Shown piece after piece: positions 1 through 8,564 of a stretch of DNA of 64,000 nucleotides. This stretch comes from an uncultured delta proteobacterium. Lineage in GTDB: Bacteria; Myxococcota_A; Polyangia; Fen-1088. Both the position numbers and the translations under genes were made by a program. Location: the NCBI GenBank assembly GCA_963737265.1, contig CAVTRY010000011.1, forward strand, positions 1,184,001 to 1,248,000. Reading direction: 5' to 3'. The notes beneath the pieces were generated by a model that ran no database searches, was not told the origin of the DNA, and was given only the letters and a program-made list of their open reading frames with translations. Positions within the stretch are counted from its first letter, which is position 1. Every line of letters begins with the position of its first letter.

Positions 1-370
1 TGACGACCATGCGGCACACGAGGGGCTCGATTTTTCCGAGAAGTGCCTCGACCTCGGCGCGGCTGACGACGGCCGGAAGCTGCTGCTTGACCCGTGGCCA
101 CGGGATGTTTTCGACCTCGGCGGGACGCTCCAGCGTGACCGCGTACAGGAAGTGCAAGCTGGCGACGTACAGTTTGATGGTGGATGGACTCTGCCCGCGC
201 TCGTGCTGCGCGAGCAGGAATTGCCTGATCTCGGGCATGCCCATCTCGCCAGGTGGGCGCATGAAATGCCGAACGAATTTCGTTGCGCACCACAGGTAGC
301 TTTCTTGCGTGCGAGGGGAGTACTCACGCAGCTTGAGATCGGACGCCATTTTCTCGTACAGTTGACCCAT
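1..370 (-). CDS. Tyrosine recombinase, N-terminal part (Phage_int_SAM_4-like domain), truncated by window edge; resembles integrases paired with IS91-like transposases
   Basis: Not in the ORF track. Manual translation from the ATG at 370 gives MGQLYEKMASDLKLREYSPRTQESYLWCATKFVRHFMRPPGEMGMPEIRQFLL...SPSTIKLYVASLHFLYAVTLERP...LPAVVSRAEVEALL. RBS AAGGAG lies upstream and the frame stays open to base 1. Confidence 0.85.
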   Translation of the reverse strand, partial: MGQLYEKMASDLKLREYSPRTQESYLWCATKFVRHFMRPPGEMGMPEIRQFLLAQHERGQSPSTIKLYVASLHFLYAVTLERPAEVENIPWPRVKQQLPAVVSRAEVEALLGKIEPLVCRMVV

Positions 371-472
371 GTTTCATCTCCTTGTGTCTGCCGGCGCCCG
401 CCCATCGGGCGCCGGTACTCACAAGGTCAACCACAGACAAGCAAGCTCCGAAACTGCCGCGCTAGCGGCTTG

Positions 473-546
473 GTTCAACAAGCCGTGGCACCTGACGATC
501 GGTCGCCTTCGGCGCCCGCTCGCAGGTGAACGCCAGGGCGTTGGGC
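473..546 (+). other. attC site 1 (R'' fused to recombinase-element terminus)
   Basis: GTTCAAC-AAGCCGTGGCACCTG...CAGGTGAACGCCAGGGC-GTTGGGC. Confidence 0.85.
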
Positions 547-561
547 GGACCAGGATCGATC

Positions 562-1090
562 ATGAACTCAGCAATTGTAAGCAAGCTGTTGACAGCCGGC
601 GACCGAGGTCGTCTCGAGGACCTGTGCCGCGAATGCACCGATTTTTTTTGAGCTCGTCGAGGGCCAGCCGGGTGGAAGTGAGACGGCAGCCGAGATTCTC
701 GGACCGCTTCCCTCGAACGTCACGTCTGGGGCAAAGAGCATCCTCGGTTTGGAGCGAGGCAAAGAGTTGATCGGTGTTGTGGAACTGTTGGCTGGATTTC
801 CACTGCCCAATGAGTGGTACGCAGGTTTGCTCCTCCTTCGGCCTGATGCCCGATGTTCCGGTGTTGGAACAACTGTCTGGGAAAACTTGCGGGAAAGGAT
901 GAAGATTGATGGCGCCGTGGCCACTCGACTCATCGTCCAAAAGCAGAACCCAGGAGCCAGACGATTTTGGGAACGGCAGGGCTTCGCTCTGGAGAAGGAA
1001 ATCGTAGCGAAGGTCGGGAAGCTGGAGAGCCAAGCCTGGCAGCTTCGTCTTTCCTTCGAAGCGGCCGCCCAACAAGCCGTTGCAGACTGA
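562..1090 (+). pseudogene. GNAT-family acetyltransferase cassette, frameshifted in a T8 run (642-649)
   Basis: ATG 562 reads MNSAIVSKLL...CRECTDFF then stops. Removing one T joins it to the 749..1090 ORF, which has LLLLRPDARCSGVGT (motif A) and NPGARRFWERQGF. Confidence 0.8.
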
Positions 1091-1138
1091 CGGTCGGCCG
1101 CAGACGGCCGCCCGCCGCTGAACGGCAAGGCGTTCGGC
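1067..1138 (+). other. attC site 2
   Basis: GCCCAAC-AAGCCGTTGCAGACTGACGG...CCGCTGAACGGCAAGGC-GTTCGGC. Confidence 0.92.
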
Positions 1139-1149
1139 GGACGCCGCGC

Positions 1150-1178
1150 TGGACGATGTTGTGAACATCGTTCATACT
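1150..1178 (+). promoter_or_regulatory. Putative TA promoter with palindromic operator
   Basis: TGGACG-17bp-CATACT. The palindrome ACGATGTT-gtg-AACATCGT (1153-1171) overlaps the spacer, and the ATG is 6 nt after the -10. Confidence 0.6.
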
Positions 1179-1184
1179 GAACGC

Positions 1185-1415
1185 ATGACGAAGCGCCTGC
1201 AGGCAATCGGAAACAGTGCCGGGATCATCATCGATCGGCCCATCCTCGACCTGCTCGGGATAACGCAGGATACTGACCTCGACCTCAAAACCGACGGGAA
1301 GCGACTGATCATCACCCCACTGGAGGGCGAGCGCTCCCGAGCAGGAAGGCTGGCAAAGGTACAGACGCGTGCACTGCGAAGGCATGCTGGGACATTCCGG
1401 AAGCTCGCGAAGTGA
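1185..1415 (+). CDS. AbrB/MazE-family antitoxin
   Basis: MTKRLQAIGNSAGIIIDRPILDLLGI (SpoVT/AbrB signature); overlaps the toxin start (GTGA). Confidence 0.88.
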   Translation: MTKRLQAIGNSAGIIIDRPILDLLGITQDTDLDLKTDGKRLIITPLEGERSRAGRLAKVQTRALRRHAGTFRKLAK

Positions 1416-1819
1416 AGACTGATACTGTCTTCCTGACGGTCAGCGAGGTGCTGGGTTTGCACTCCGACCAGATCCAAGAATTTGGTGGAGCTGCGGGGAT
1501 TCGGGACGAAGGACTCCTGGAGTCCGCAGTGGCCCAGGCGAGCACGACCTATGATGGCGAGTACCTGCACAACGGCCTATTTGAAATGGCGGCGGCGTAC
1601 GCGTTCCATATTGCGGAGAATCAGCCATTTCTCGACGGAAACAAGCGGACTGCCTTGAACGCCGCCATCGTCTTCCTGGGGCTGAACGGTTTTGATGTTG
1701 TAGATGACGAGGGCATGCTGTACGCCGCCATGATTGGCCTTAGCACCGGCGAATGGTCCAAGGGACGGATGGCAGCGCTGCTCGAACGTTTGTCGGAGCC
1801 GTGGAAAGACGCCATCTGA
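1412..1819 (+). CDS. doc: Doc/Fic-family toxin (death-on-curing)
   Basis: GIRDEGLLESA and NQPFLDGNKRTA (Fic motif with His replaced by Gln). Confidence 0.88.
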   Translation: MKTDTVFLTVSEVLGLHSDQIQEFGGAAGIRDEGLLESAVAQASTTYDGEYLHNGLFEMAAAYAFHIAENQPFLDGNKRTALNAAIVFLGLNGFDVVDDEGMLYAAMIGLSTGEWSKGRMAALLERLSEPWKDAI

Positions 1820-1828
1820 CTAAACGCC

Positions 1829-1879
1829 GCCGAACAAGACGTTGCAGACTGATGATCCCGCCGCAGGGACATTGGTGTA
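1829..1879 (+). other. attC site 3, left half only (interrupted by transposon)
   Basis: GCCGAAC-AAGACGTTGCAGACTGATGATCCCGCCGCAGGGACATTGGTGTA closely resembles the first half of the long attC at 5788/11954, then diverges. Confidence 0.75.
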
Positions 1880-1961
1880 ACATCAACGGGGCTTTGATCG
1901 CCAATTCGGTTTTCGGCCCGAATTGCCGTGCAGCCAAGATCAATGCCAGGCAGCGAGAAAA

Positions 1962-2246
1962 TCATCGTGCCGCCACCGGAAATTCTGCACCATGACCACA
2001 GTGCGGACACGCGCCGGGAGGAGGATACTTTCCCGCGATCAGATCGTCGAACGGAACCATTGTCAGTCGCGAAACCTGAAAGGCCAGGTTGACGCTCACG
2101 GGGACTCGCTTCTTCTTCACGTTGATCATGGAGCCCATTGCAAACCCTAGAACCTTCGATAGCACCTTCCACCCGCCGGTGCGAATGCGCAGGAAGCGCA
2201 AGGCTACCCTTACGTGCTCCTGCTCTTCGGAGGTCAGCCTCTTCAT
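1962..2246 (-). CDS. Small XRE-like HTH protein with C-terminal CPHCG motif
   Basis: MKRLTSEEQEHVRVALRFLRIRTGGWKVLSKVLG...GACPHCGH; ATGA overlap with the transposase stop. Confidence 0.65.
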   Translation of the reverse strand: MKRLTSEEQEHVRVALRFLRIRTGGWKVLSKVLGFAMGSMINVKKKRVPVSVNLAFQVSRLTMVPFDDLIAGKYPPPGACPHCGHGAEFPVAAR

Positions 2247-3481
2247 GCTGCAATCCTCGCCGAAAAGATCGGCTCGATGCCAAGCTCGCGCATGGCTTGC
2301 GCCAGCACGGCGAGGTTGTGGCACAAGATCTTGCAGAGGACTTCGTTTACCTGGGCGACGAACTTCTTGGAACGAACCGCGCCACCGAACTTCCTTTTGA
2401 CCGACGAGAAGACAGATTCGACATTCGACCGAAGGTGGTAGTGCGCCTGGAATTCGTCCTGACGGTAGATGAAGCAGCCCCACATCTTGCGCCACGACGC
2501 CGGGCCGCTTCCCTTGCTGTTGCTCTTGAAGGGGATGTAGGGAACCGCGCCAGCCGCTTCGACGGCGTCCAGGTTGGCACGCGAGAGATAGCCCTTGTCG
2601 GCCGACAGCTCGGCAACATCGAAGCGTTCCGCAGTCGAAGTGAGCAGCGCGGGAAGCTCCGGACAGTCGTTCGAGTTCGAGCCAGTGACCTTGATGGCGG
2701 TGACGATGCCGGTCTTGACTCCGACCATGGCGTGCGCCTTCAACCAAGCGTGTTCGCACATTTCCTTTCCGTACTTGGCGTCATACCAGCGGCGGTAGGT
2801 CGAAGTACCGAAGCCGGTCGAATCCACCGCGAAATTGCTCTCGATAGCGGCCAACGGGGCGGCGCTTTCCTCGATGAGCTTGATCAAGAGCGGCGCCATC
2901 TCGGCATTCTCGAAACGCTCGAACAGAGTGTTGAACTTGGGAGCCTTGGTGATGTGGCCGGCTTCGGCACACGCCTTGAGGTCGGTGCTGGCCCGGCGTC
3001 CACTGACCGTCGTGTAGATCTTCATGACCATCGCGTAGACGGCGTCAGAGAGTGGGATCGGCTTGGGGCCACGGCCGGTGTGCTCCGGGTTCTGGATGCC
3101 TTCGCAGAGGCCGTGCAAGAGATCCTGGACGATGCTCTTCTCGGAGCACTGGGCATCGTTGTAGTTCACCCAATCCTGGGTATATGTCTTGCGGGTCAGC
3201 GTGACGGACTCGGTGACGACCTGGGTACCGTCAGGCGTCGTCTCGATGGTCTTCGAGAGTTCGACGGCTTCCACGGCCCATATATGTTTGCACTTGCAGC
3301 GACGGGTTTCGTGGTCTGGGCAGGTGCAAGTTCCGGTCAGGGTGTTCACGAGATAGCCACCCGACGGCTGGGTCTGAGAGGGCACCATCCAAGTCATACC
3401 CGCGACCCGCTTGATGCGCTTGTCCGAGGAGAGAAGCAGTCCGCGCTCTTGCCGTCCGTCTTTCTTCATCGTCGATGTCAT
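2243..3481 (-). CDS. DDE transposase (DDE_Tnp_1-like) with N-terminal SWIM zinc finger
   Basis: SWIM motif CTCPD...CKHIWAV; catalytic-type motifs AVDSTGF, SADKGY and YHLRSNVESVFSSVKR. Confidence 0.9.
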   Translation of the reverse strand: MTSTMKKDGRQERGLLLSSDKRIKRVAGMTWMVPSQTQPSGGYLVNTLTGTCTCPDHETRRCKCKHIWAVEAVELSKTIETTPDGTQVVTESVTLTRKTYTQDWVNYNDAQCSEKSIVQDLLHGLCEGIQNPEHTGRGPKPIPLSDAVYAMVMKIYTTVSGRRASTDLKACAEAGHITKAPKFNTLFERFENAEMAPLLIKLIEESAAPLAAIESNFAVDSTGFGTSTYRRWYDAKYGKEMCEHAWLKAHAMVGVKTGIVTAIKVTGSNSNDCPELPALLTSTAERFDVAELSADKGYLSRANLDAVEAAGAVPYIPFKSNSKGSGPASWRKMWGCFIYRQDEFQAHYHLRSNVESVFSSVKRKFGGAVRSKKFVAQVNEVLCKILCHNLAVLAQAMRELGIEPIFSARIAA

Positions 3482-3483
3482 GT

Positions 3484-3564
3484 CTACAGTGTAGCCACAC
3501 CGTGGGCACACGTCAAGGAGAAAAAGAATGCTTGACCAAGATCCACATTGTGGCTACGCTGTAG
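3484..3564. promoter_or_regulatory. Back-to-back mirror promoters with shared 15-bp inverted operator
   Basis: Minus strand TTGACG-17-TACACT-6nt-ATG(3481); plus strand TTGACC-17-TACGCT-7nt-ATG(3568). Both -10 boxes sit in TGTGGCTACRCTGTAG. Confidence 0.7.
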
Positions 3565-3567
3565 CAC

Positions 3568-3780
3568 ATGAGCAAGAAGAGCCAGCCCAAGACGCACAGA
3601 GTCATGCCATCGGCAAAACCAGTCAAGGACGAGATGATCCGGATGCGGATACCTGAGGATCAGAAGGTGGCCCTGGAAGCTGTAGCGAGCGGAGAGGGGT
3701 TGGATCTGTCTACCTGGCTTCGGCAATTGGCCCTACGGACAGCGGGGCTCCTACCAGGGGTCAGGACGGATCAGCGCTAA
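3568..3780 (+). CDS. Ribbon-helix-helix (DUF1778-like) DNA-binding protein
   Basis: KDEMIRMRIPEDQKVALEAVASGEGLDLSTWLRQLAL. Confidence 0.75.
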   Translation: MSKKSQPKTHRVMPSAKPVKDEMIRMRIPEDQKVALEAVASGEGLDLSTWLRQLALRTAGLLPGVRTDQR

Positions 3781-5162
3781 TGGCGAACGAACGCCTTACG
3801 GAGAACATCGTTCGTGATCATCTTCGTCTCAAGGGAGGAGATGGGATCAAGGTTGAAGAACAGGCCAGCTTGGACCCTGTGATAGCGGCCGCTATGAAGA
3901 AGGCCAGCAAACACGGTGCTGGCACCGGAAAACCAGAGTTCATCGTTACACATCAAGAGGCACCTGACGAAGTCATCTTGTTCGAGTGTAAAGCTGATTC
4001 CGGTTTTCATGAAAGCGCGAGACGACGCGCCGGACAGGATTCCACCCCGGCAGATATCACAGCTTGCGCCGTCGACGGTGTTCTACACTACGCCAAGATC
4101 CTAGCCGCACATCGCAACGTGATCGCCGTTGCGGTAAGCGGCCAAAAGAAATCGGAACTTCGCGTTTCCACCTATCGCTGTGTCAAGGGTGCGGATACCC
4201 CAGAACCTCTACTAGAGGCGGATGGACGCCAAGTTGAACGACTGCTTTCTGTCAAGGAATACCTTCATCTGTTTAGAATGGATCGAGCCGTTATCCACCA
4301 AAATGTGGATCAGTTGATGGCACACACACGAGAGGTGCATAATTTTCTTCGTGACTACGCAAAAGTAACCGAGGCCGAAAAACCGCTTGTCATTTCGGCC
4401 ATCCTGTTGGCTCTTCAGCATCAAGCGTTCAAGAAGTCATGGAGCGTAACGACCGACCAAGATCTAGCCACAGCAACCTATGAGGCCGTAGAGAAGAGTG
4501 TACGACGGGCCATCAACGCATCGAAGCGCGAACTGATGATGGCCGCCTACTCTTTCTTAAAGACGCACCCAGAACTAACAAAGGAACGAACCCTCCACCC
4601 GAAGGGCCAACCCGCCATTGAGCAATCGCCGCTTCGTTATCTCATCCAGGACATCGAAGCTCAGGTCTTACCGTTCGCAGAGATGTACCCAGACTTCGAT
4701 GTAATCGGGCAGTTCTACGCGGAATTTCTGCGGTACACCGGCGGGGATGGCAAGGGACTCGGCATTGTGCTTACGCCTAGGCATCTGACCGAATTATTCG
4801 TCGAGATCTCTCAGGTGAACAAGAAGGACACGGTGCTGGACCCGTGTGCTGGAACCGGCGGGTTCCTCATTTCCGCGATGATGGCTATGGACCGCCAGGC
4901 GCGCGGAGACGAGGAGATGAAGAAGGCAATTCACGAAAATCAGATCATCGGTGTTGAGCAAAGATCCGACATGTTCGCGTTGTGTGTATCGAATATGGTG
5001 CTCAGGGGTGACGGACGATCAAACCTTCACCGTGGTGACTGCTTCGATTCTGCAATTGCGGACCAGATCAGCAGTCCGTCGCGTGCGAAGATGCATCGAC
5101 CAAACAAGGGACTTCTTAATCCCCCATTCGCTCAGCGTGGTGAAGATCAGCATGATGCATGA
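3780..5162 (+). pseudogene. BcgI-alpha-like restriction endonuclease/N6-adenine methyltransferase, C-terminally truncated
   Basis: PEF...FECK nuclease-like motif, GIVLTPRH, motif I VLDPCAGTGGFL and motif IV NPPF. The ORF stops about 9 codons after NPPF, at a junction. Confidence 0.8.
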
Positions 5163-5370
5163 TCCGACGGAACTGCTCAAAGTCGCCGAGCTTTCAGGAC
5201 TCCTCGACGCGGCCAGCAGTGCGGTGCAAACAAACTGGGCGACCGTGAAGGACTGGAAACTTGAATCGCGCTACACTCGTTCGGTGAATCCCGCCACCGT
5301 CATCGCCTTTCTCGACGCGCTTGATCATCCCACGGATGGGGTACTTCCATGGCTTCGCAGTCACTGCTAA
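5158..5370 (+). pseudogene. C-terminal fragment of a HEPN-domain protein
   Basis: HDPTELLKVAELSG...NWATVKDWKLESRY...GVLPWL pattern; N-terminus missing. Confidence 0.6.
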
Positions 5371-5759
5371 ACGCTCAGGTTGAGCAGGGAAAGACGACCT
5401 TGTCCGCATTGGATGCGGCGGGTCTGGACGTCCGCGCGGCCTTCTGGATATTTGATGAGGAGAGCCAGACGTGGCGCTTCACGGTAGCGGAGCCAACAGT
5501 CGACACGAGGGGAACCCACGCGCTGTATGAGCTGATGGCTCGGGGTTTGGCCGGACAATCGGATGCGCTTCCCCTCCGTGAGATCTACGTGGTCTCATCG
5601 GATGACCAACTCGTTTCGCTCGTTCGAATGGCAATCGCCACACCCGGAAATGCGATCAGCGGGATCACCTTTTCCGGCAACGTCGTCATGGGAAACAGGA
5701 TCCCTGACATGTTCATCTACCGGATGTACAGGCCCCCAATCGCTAGAGCGGCCCCGTAG
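5349..5759 (+). CDS. Hypothetical protein, probable partner (antitoxin-like) of the HEPN gene
   Basis: 136-aa ORF (LDAAGLDVRAAFWIFDEESQTWRFTVA...DMFIYR) overlapping the HEPN 3' end and ending just before attC4. Confidence 0.7.
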   Translation: MASQSLLNAQVEQGKTTLSALDAAGLDVRAAFWIFDEESQTWRFTVAEPTVDTRGTHALYELMARGLAGQSDALPLREIYVVSSDDQLVSLVRMAIATPGNAISGITFSGNVVMGNRIPDMFIYRMYRPPIARAAP

Positions 5760-5787
5760 CCAGAGGGCTCCACGGGCCGCGCGAGCC

Positions 5788-5891
5788 GCCGAACAAGCCG
5801 TTGCAGCTGTCAATCCCGCCGCCGGGACATCGTGTAGAATCGAGGCGCCGACTCGGCGGCGGGCTTGCAGCTGAACGGCAAGGCGTTCGGC
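5788..5891 (+). other. attC site 4 (long type)
   Basis: GCCGAAC...CCCGCCGCCGGGACATCGTGTAGAATCGAGGCGCCGACTCGGCGGCGGG...GTTCGGC; nearly identical to 11954-12058. Confidence 0.92.
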
Positions 5892-6102
5892 GGACGACGG
5901 ACGAGTCTCGGCGAAGAAGATGCGACGAAGCATTCTATTGTGCTGAACCGGGGGCGAGGGCGCCATCTCGCACTCCATGACGGTGGTGTCACGGTTGCGT
6001 CTTGGACGGCTACGCAACCCTTGAGGTTTGCCATGGCGCCTGCTTTGCGTAGGGCGCTCGAGAACACTGGAGACCAGAGACACGTTACGAAAGGCTTCAA
6101 CG

Positions 6103-6999
6103 ATGAGGAACACTGAAGTGCCGAGCCCTGTTGCCAATGATGGAAGTATCATCCGCATTACCAAGGGAAGATCGACTGGCTGTGGCCGTAGGCTGCACCA
6201 TGAGCCATCCACGGGCTCGCTTTGGGCAATCGGTTGCCTGCTTGTCGCGGGGTGGGCTTGCAGCAAGTCCGGAGGATCGTCCCAACGAGACGCGACGATC
6301 GATGCCGTGATGCCCTCAGGCGGAACAGCGGGTTCCACGATTCCGGGCGAGGTCGGAGGTACCACGCCCTCTGGGGGAGCCGCGGGCGCCAGCATGGGAG
6401 GGAACTCCGACTCGGACGCGCGTGCGGGTGGTTCAGGCGGCATCGGTGGCCTGCCTGGCGGCGGGGGCGCTCAAGGCACAGGTGGAATCGCCCCAACGGG
6501 CGGTACGATAGCGACTGGAGGAATTCAGGCGACAGGAGGAATCGCTGCAAGCGGCGGCACGTTGAATGCTGGCGGAACGCAGTCCACTGGGGGTATCGGT
6601 TCCACAGGCGGAATTCTGGGCACTGGAGGAATCACTACTCACGATGCAGCCGCGGACGTCAGCCAACTGATCAACGAAGCCGGCAATCCAATCTGTGGAG
6701 ACACGCTCTGTGGAACAGCCCAGTACTGTTGCAACAGCCCTTGCCAGCAATGCATGCCGAGCCCTGACACGTGCTCATTGCTCGTCTGTGGAACCGCAGA
6801 CGGCGGCACCTTCGATTCCTACCCCTCCGACTGCACTGCTGGGTACTCCGGAGACTCCACCTACTGCGGGACGTCCGCCACAACACCCCATTCCATCCAC
6901 TTCTACCAGTGTTCGACCAGCGTGTTGGCTCTGCCCTGTCGGAAGTTGTCGGTCGGCACAACTGGCGGCGCCTTTTGCTGCCCGGGAGCGACGTACTGA
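6103..6999 (+). CDS. Putative lipoprotein with Gly/Thr-rich linker and Cys-rich C-terminal domain
   Basis: Hydrophobic stretch ending LVAGWAC, xxTGG repeats, and about 14 Cys in the C-terminal ~100 aa. Start codon uncertain. Confidence 0.7.
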   Translation: MRNTEVPSPVANDGSIIRITKGRSTGCGRRLHHEPSTGSLWAIGCLLVAGWACSKSGGSSQRDATIDAVMPSGGTAGSTIPGEVGGTTPSGGAAGASMGGNSDSDARAGGSGGIGGLPGGGGAQGTGGIAPTGGTIATGGIQATGGIAASGGTLNAGGTQSTGGIGSTGGILGTGGITTHDAAADVSQLINEAGNPICGDTLCGTAQYCCNSPCQQCMPSPDTCSLLVCGTADGGTFDSYPSDCTAGYSGDSTYCGTSATTPHSIHFYQCSTSVLALPCRKLSVGTTGGAFCCPGATY

Positions 7000-7068
7000 A
7001 GCACGGGACAAGATCCGAATGGAATCGATCACTGGAAAGCAGCTCACTTTGACCTGCGCTCTGACGCC

Positions 7069-7123
7069 GTCGAACAAGCCGTTGCAGACTGATGGTCGGC
7101 CGCGGACGGCCGCTCGCAGCTTA
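7069..7123 (+). other. attC site 5, left part (right part at 8613-8631)
   Basis: GTCGAAC...CGCTCGCAGCTTA | IS | TTAACGGCAATC-GTTCGAC reconstitutes an attC like the right part of attC9 (12781-12831). Confidence 0.85.
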
Positions 7124-7144
7124 GGCGCCGTCAAGAATTAACAT

Positions 7145-8564
7145 TTACAGCTTACGTGCTCGCCTGGGATGGATTGTGTAGTTCCATTCACCGTGGAACG
7201 GCAACCGGGTGATACTGAGTTCCGCCAATTCCTCGTCAGTGATCCGTCGGCCGACTGGGTACTTGCGCCGATCGAGACGACACTGGACTGCGAGTCCCTT
7301 TGCTGTGGTCGTTCCTGCAATCAGGCCCACGATTGTCTCGTAGTCACGTAACGGCTCACCCCGCCAGTTCGACGAGATGAATGAAAAGAGCCGGTGCTCG
7401 ACCTTGTTCCATTTGCTCGTTCCTGGCGGAAAGTGGCACACCTTGATCGATAGACCGGTCTGATCGGAAAGTCGCTGCAGTTCGACCTTCCACAAGCGCA
7501 GCCTGTAGCCGTTGCTGCCGCCAGAGTCAGCCGTGACCAGCAGCTGGGTGGACTGAGGATACAAGTGCCTTCCTTCGTGCTGCCACCATCCGCGTATCGA
7601 CGCTACCGCGAACGCCGCCGTGTCGTGGTCGGTTCCGACATTCACGAATCCCGTGTTGCGTGCCATGTCGTAGATGCCATATGGGTACGCGCGGGGCACT
7701 GACGGATCCGGGAAGTCGTGGCCGTTCACCACGTCGGCAGTCCCGTTGAGTCGCCACTGCTGTCCGGCGTTTCGATAGTTTCCGACGAGTTCTTTCTTCT
7801 TGGTGTCCACCGAAATCACAGGGCACATCTCCGCCATCGTACGTCGCACCTCTCGATTGATGTGCCGAAACTGGGCATCGCGATCCGGATGATCCTCCCA
7901 GGGCCATCGCATCATCCTACATCGACGCAGGATCCATCAGAGTCTCGGCCATTTCTGGAAGGTTTTCCCCTGGGGTCGGTGCGCGCGCCGGTGTGCAGGC
8001 AGGTTCGGCAGCGCGCACGGGCGCGGAGACCGGCATAACTATCGGCATCTCCGCAAGATCACTTACAATTTAGATGCGTTGGCCCTGATGATCCTCCCCC
8101 TCTTCGGTCTTCCTGTTCCCCTGCAAGCTATAGTCCATGTCTCGTAGAAGTTGGGCAACCTTCTCGTGGCTTATTGGGTGGCGGCGCGCAGTCAACTCCA
8201 GAGCGAGGGCCCGAGTGCTCTTGCATGTCCACCGAAGCGGCGATTCCGGATCGCCGAGGGTAAGCGGCTCCACCAGCGACTCAAGCAGCCGCGGCAGCTC
8301 GGGATCGTATGTCACCAGTTTCGGGCGTCCGGCTCCCTTCCGTCGAACTCGCTCTCCATGCAGAGGTTTCTGTCGCAGTTCCTTCACGCCCTTCGTAATG
8401 GTCACCCGTGACAGGCCGCATGCGCGACTCACGAGACTCACGCCGCCATAGCCAATATTGGTGGCCTCCGCCGCCGCAAGCATACGCCGAGCACGCTCAC
8501 TCAAGTGTGGCCACACCAGACGGAACTTCCCTTTGAGACTTTGTGTCGGGTCCAATCGGCTCAA
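7145..8564 (-). pseudogene. ISAzo13 (Rhodopirellula-type) transposase split by a MITE
   Basis: GDPESPLRWTCKS, HPDRDAQF, ISVDTKKKELVG, TADSGGSNG and PPGTSKWNKVEHRLFS. Removing 7899-8097 restores TEEGEDHPDR in frame. Confidence 0.9.
7899..8087. mobile_element. 189-bp MITE with ISAs1-like ends
   Basis: 15-bp TIRs CAGGGCCATCGCATC / CAGGGCCAACGCATC and a 10-bp target duplication ATGATCCTCC (7889-7898, 8088-8097). Confidence 0.88.

Larger units (their letters stand above)
1880..5156. mobile_element. SWIM-DDE transposon with passenger genes, right end missing
   Basis: Begins inside attC3. Contains an HTH gene, a transposase, a divergent RHH gene and an R-M gene, and ends at a chimeric junction at ~5150-5163. 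Boundaries are approximate. Confidence 0.65.

Noticed and set aside
1-370. Calling the recombinase intI
   Set aside because: The diagnostic C-terminal IntI insertion is outside the window, and the N-terminus looks more like IS91-associated integrases. Left unnamed.
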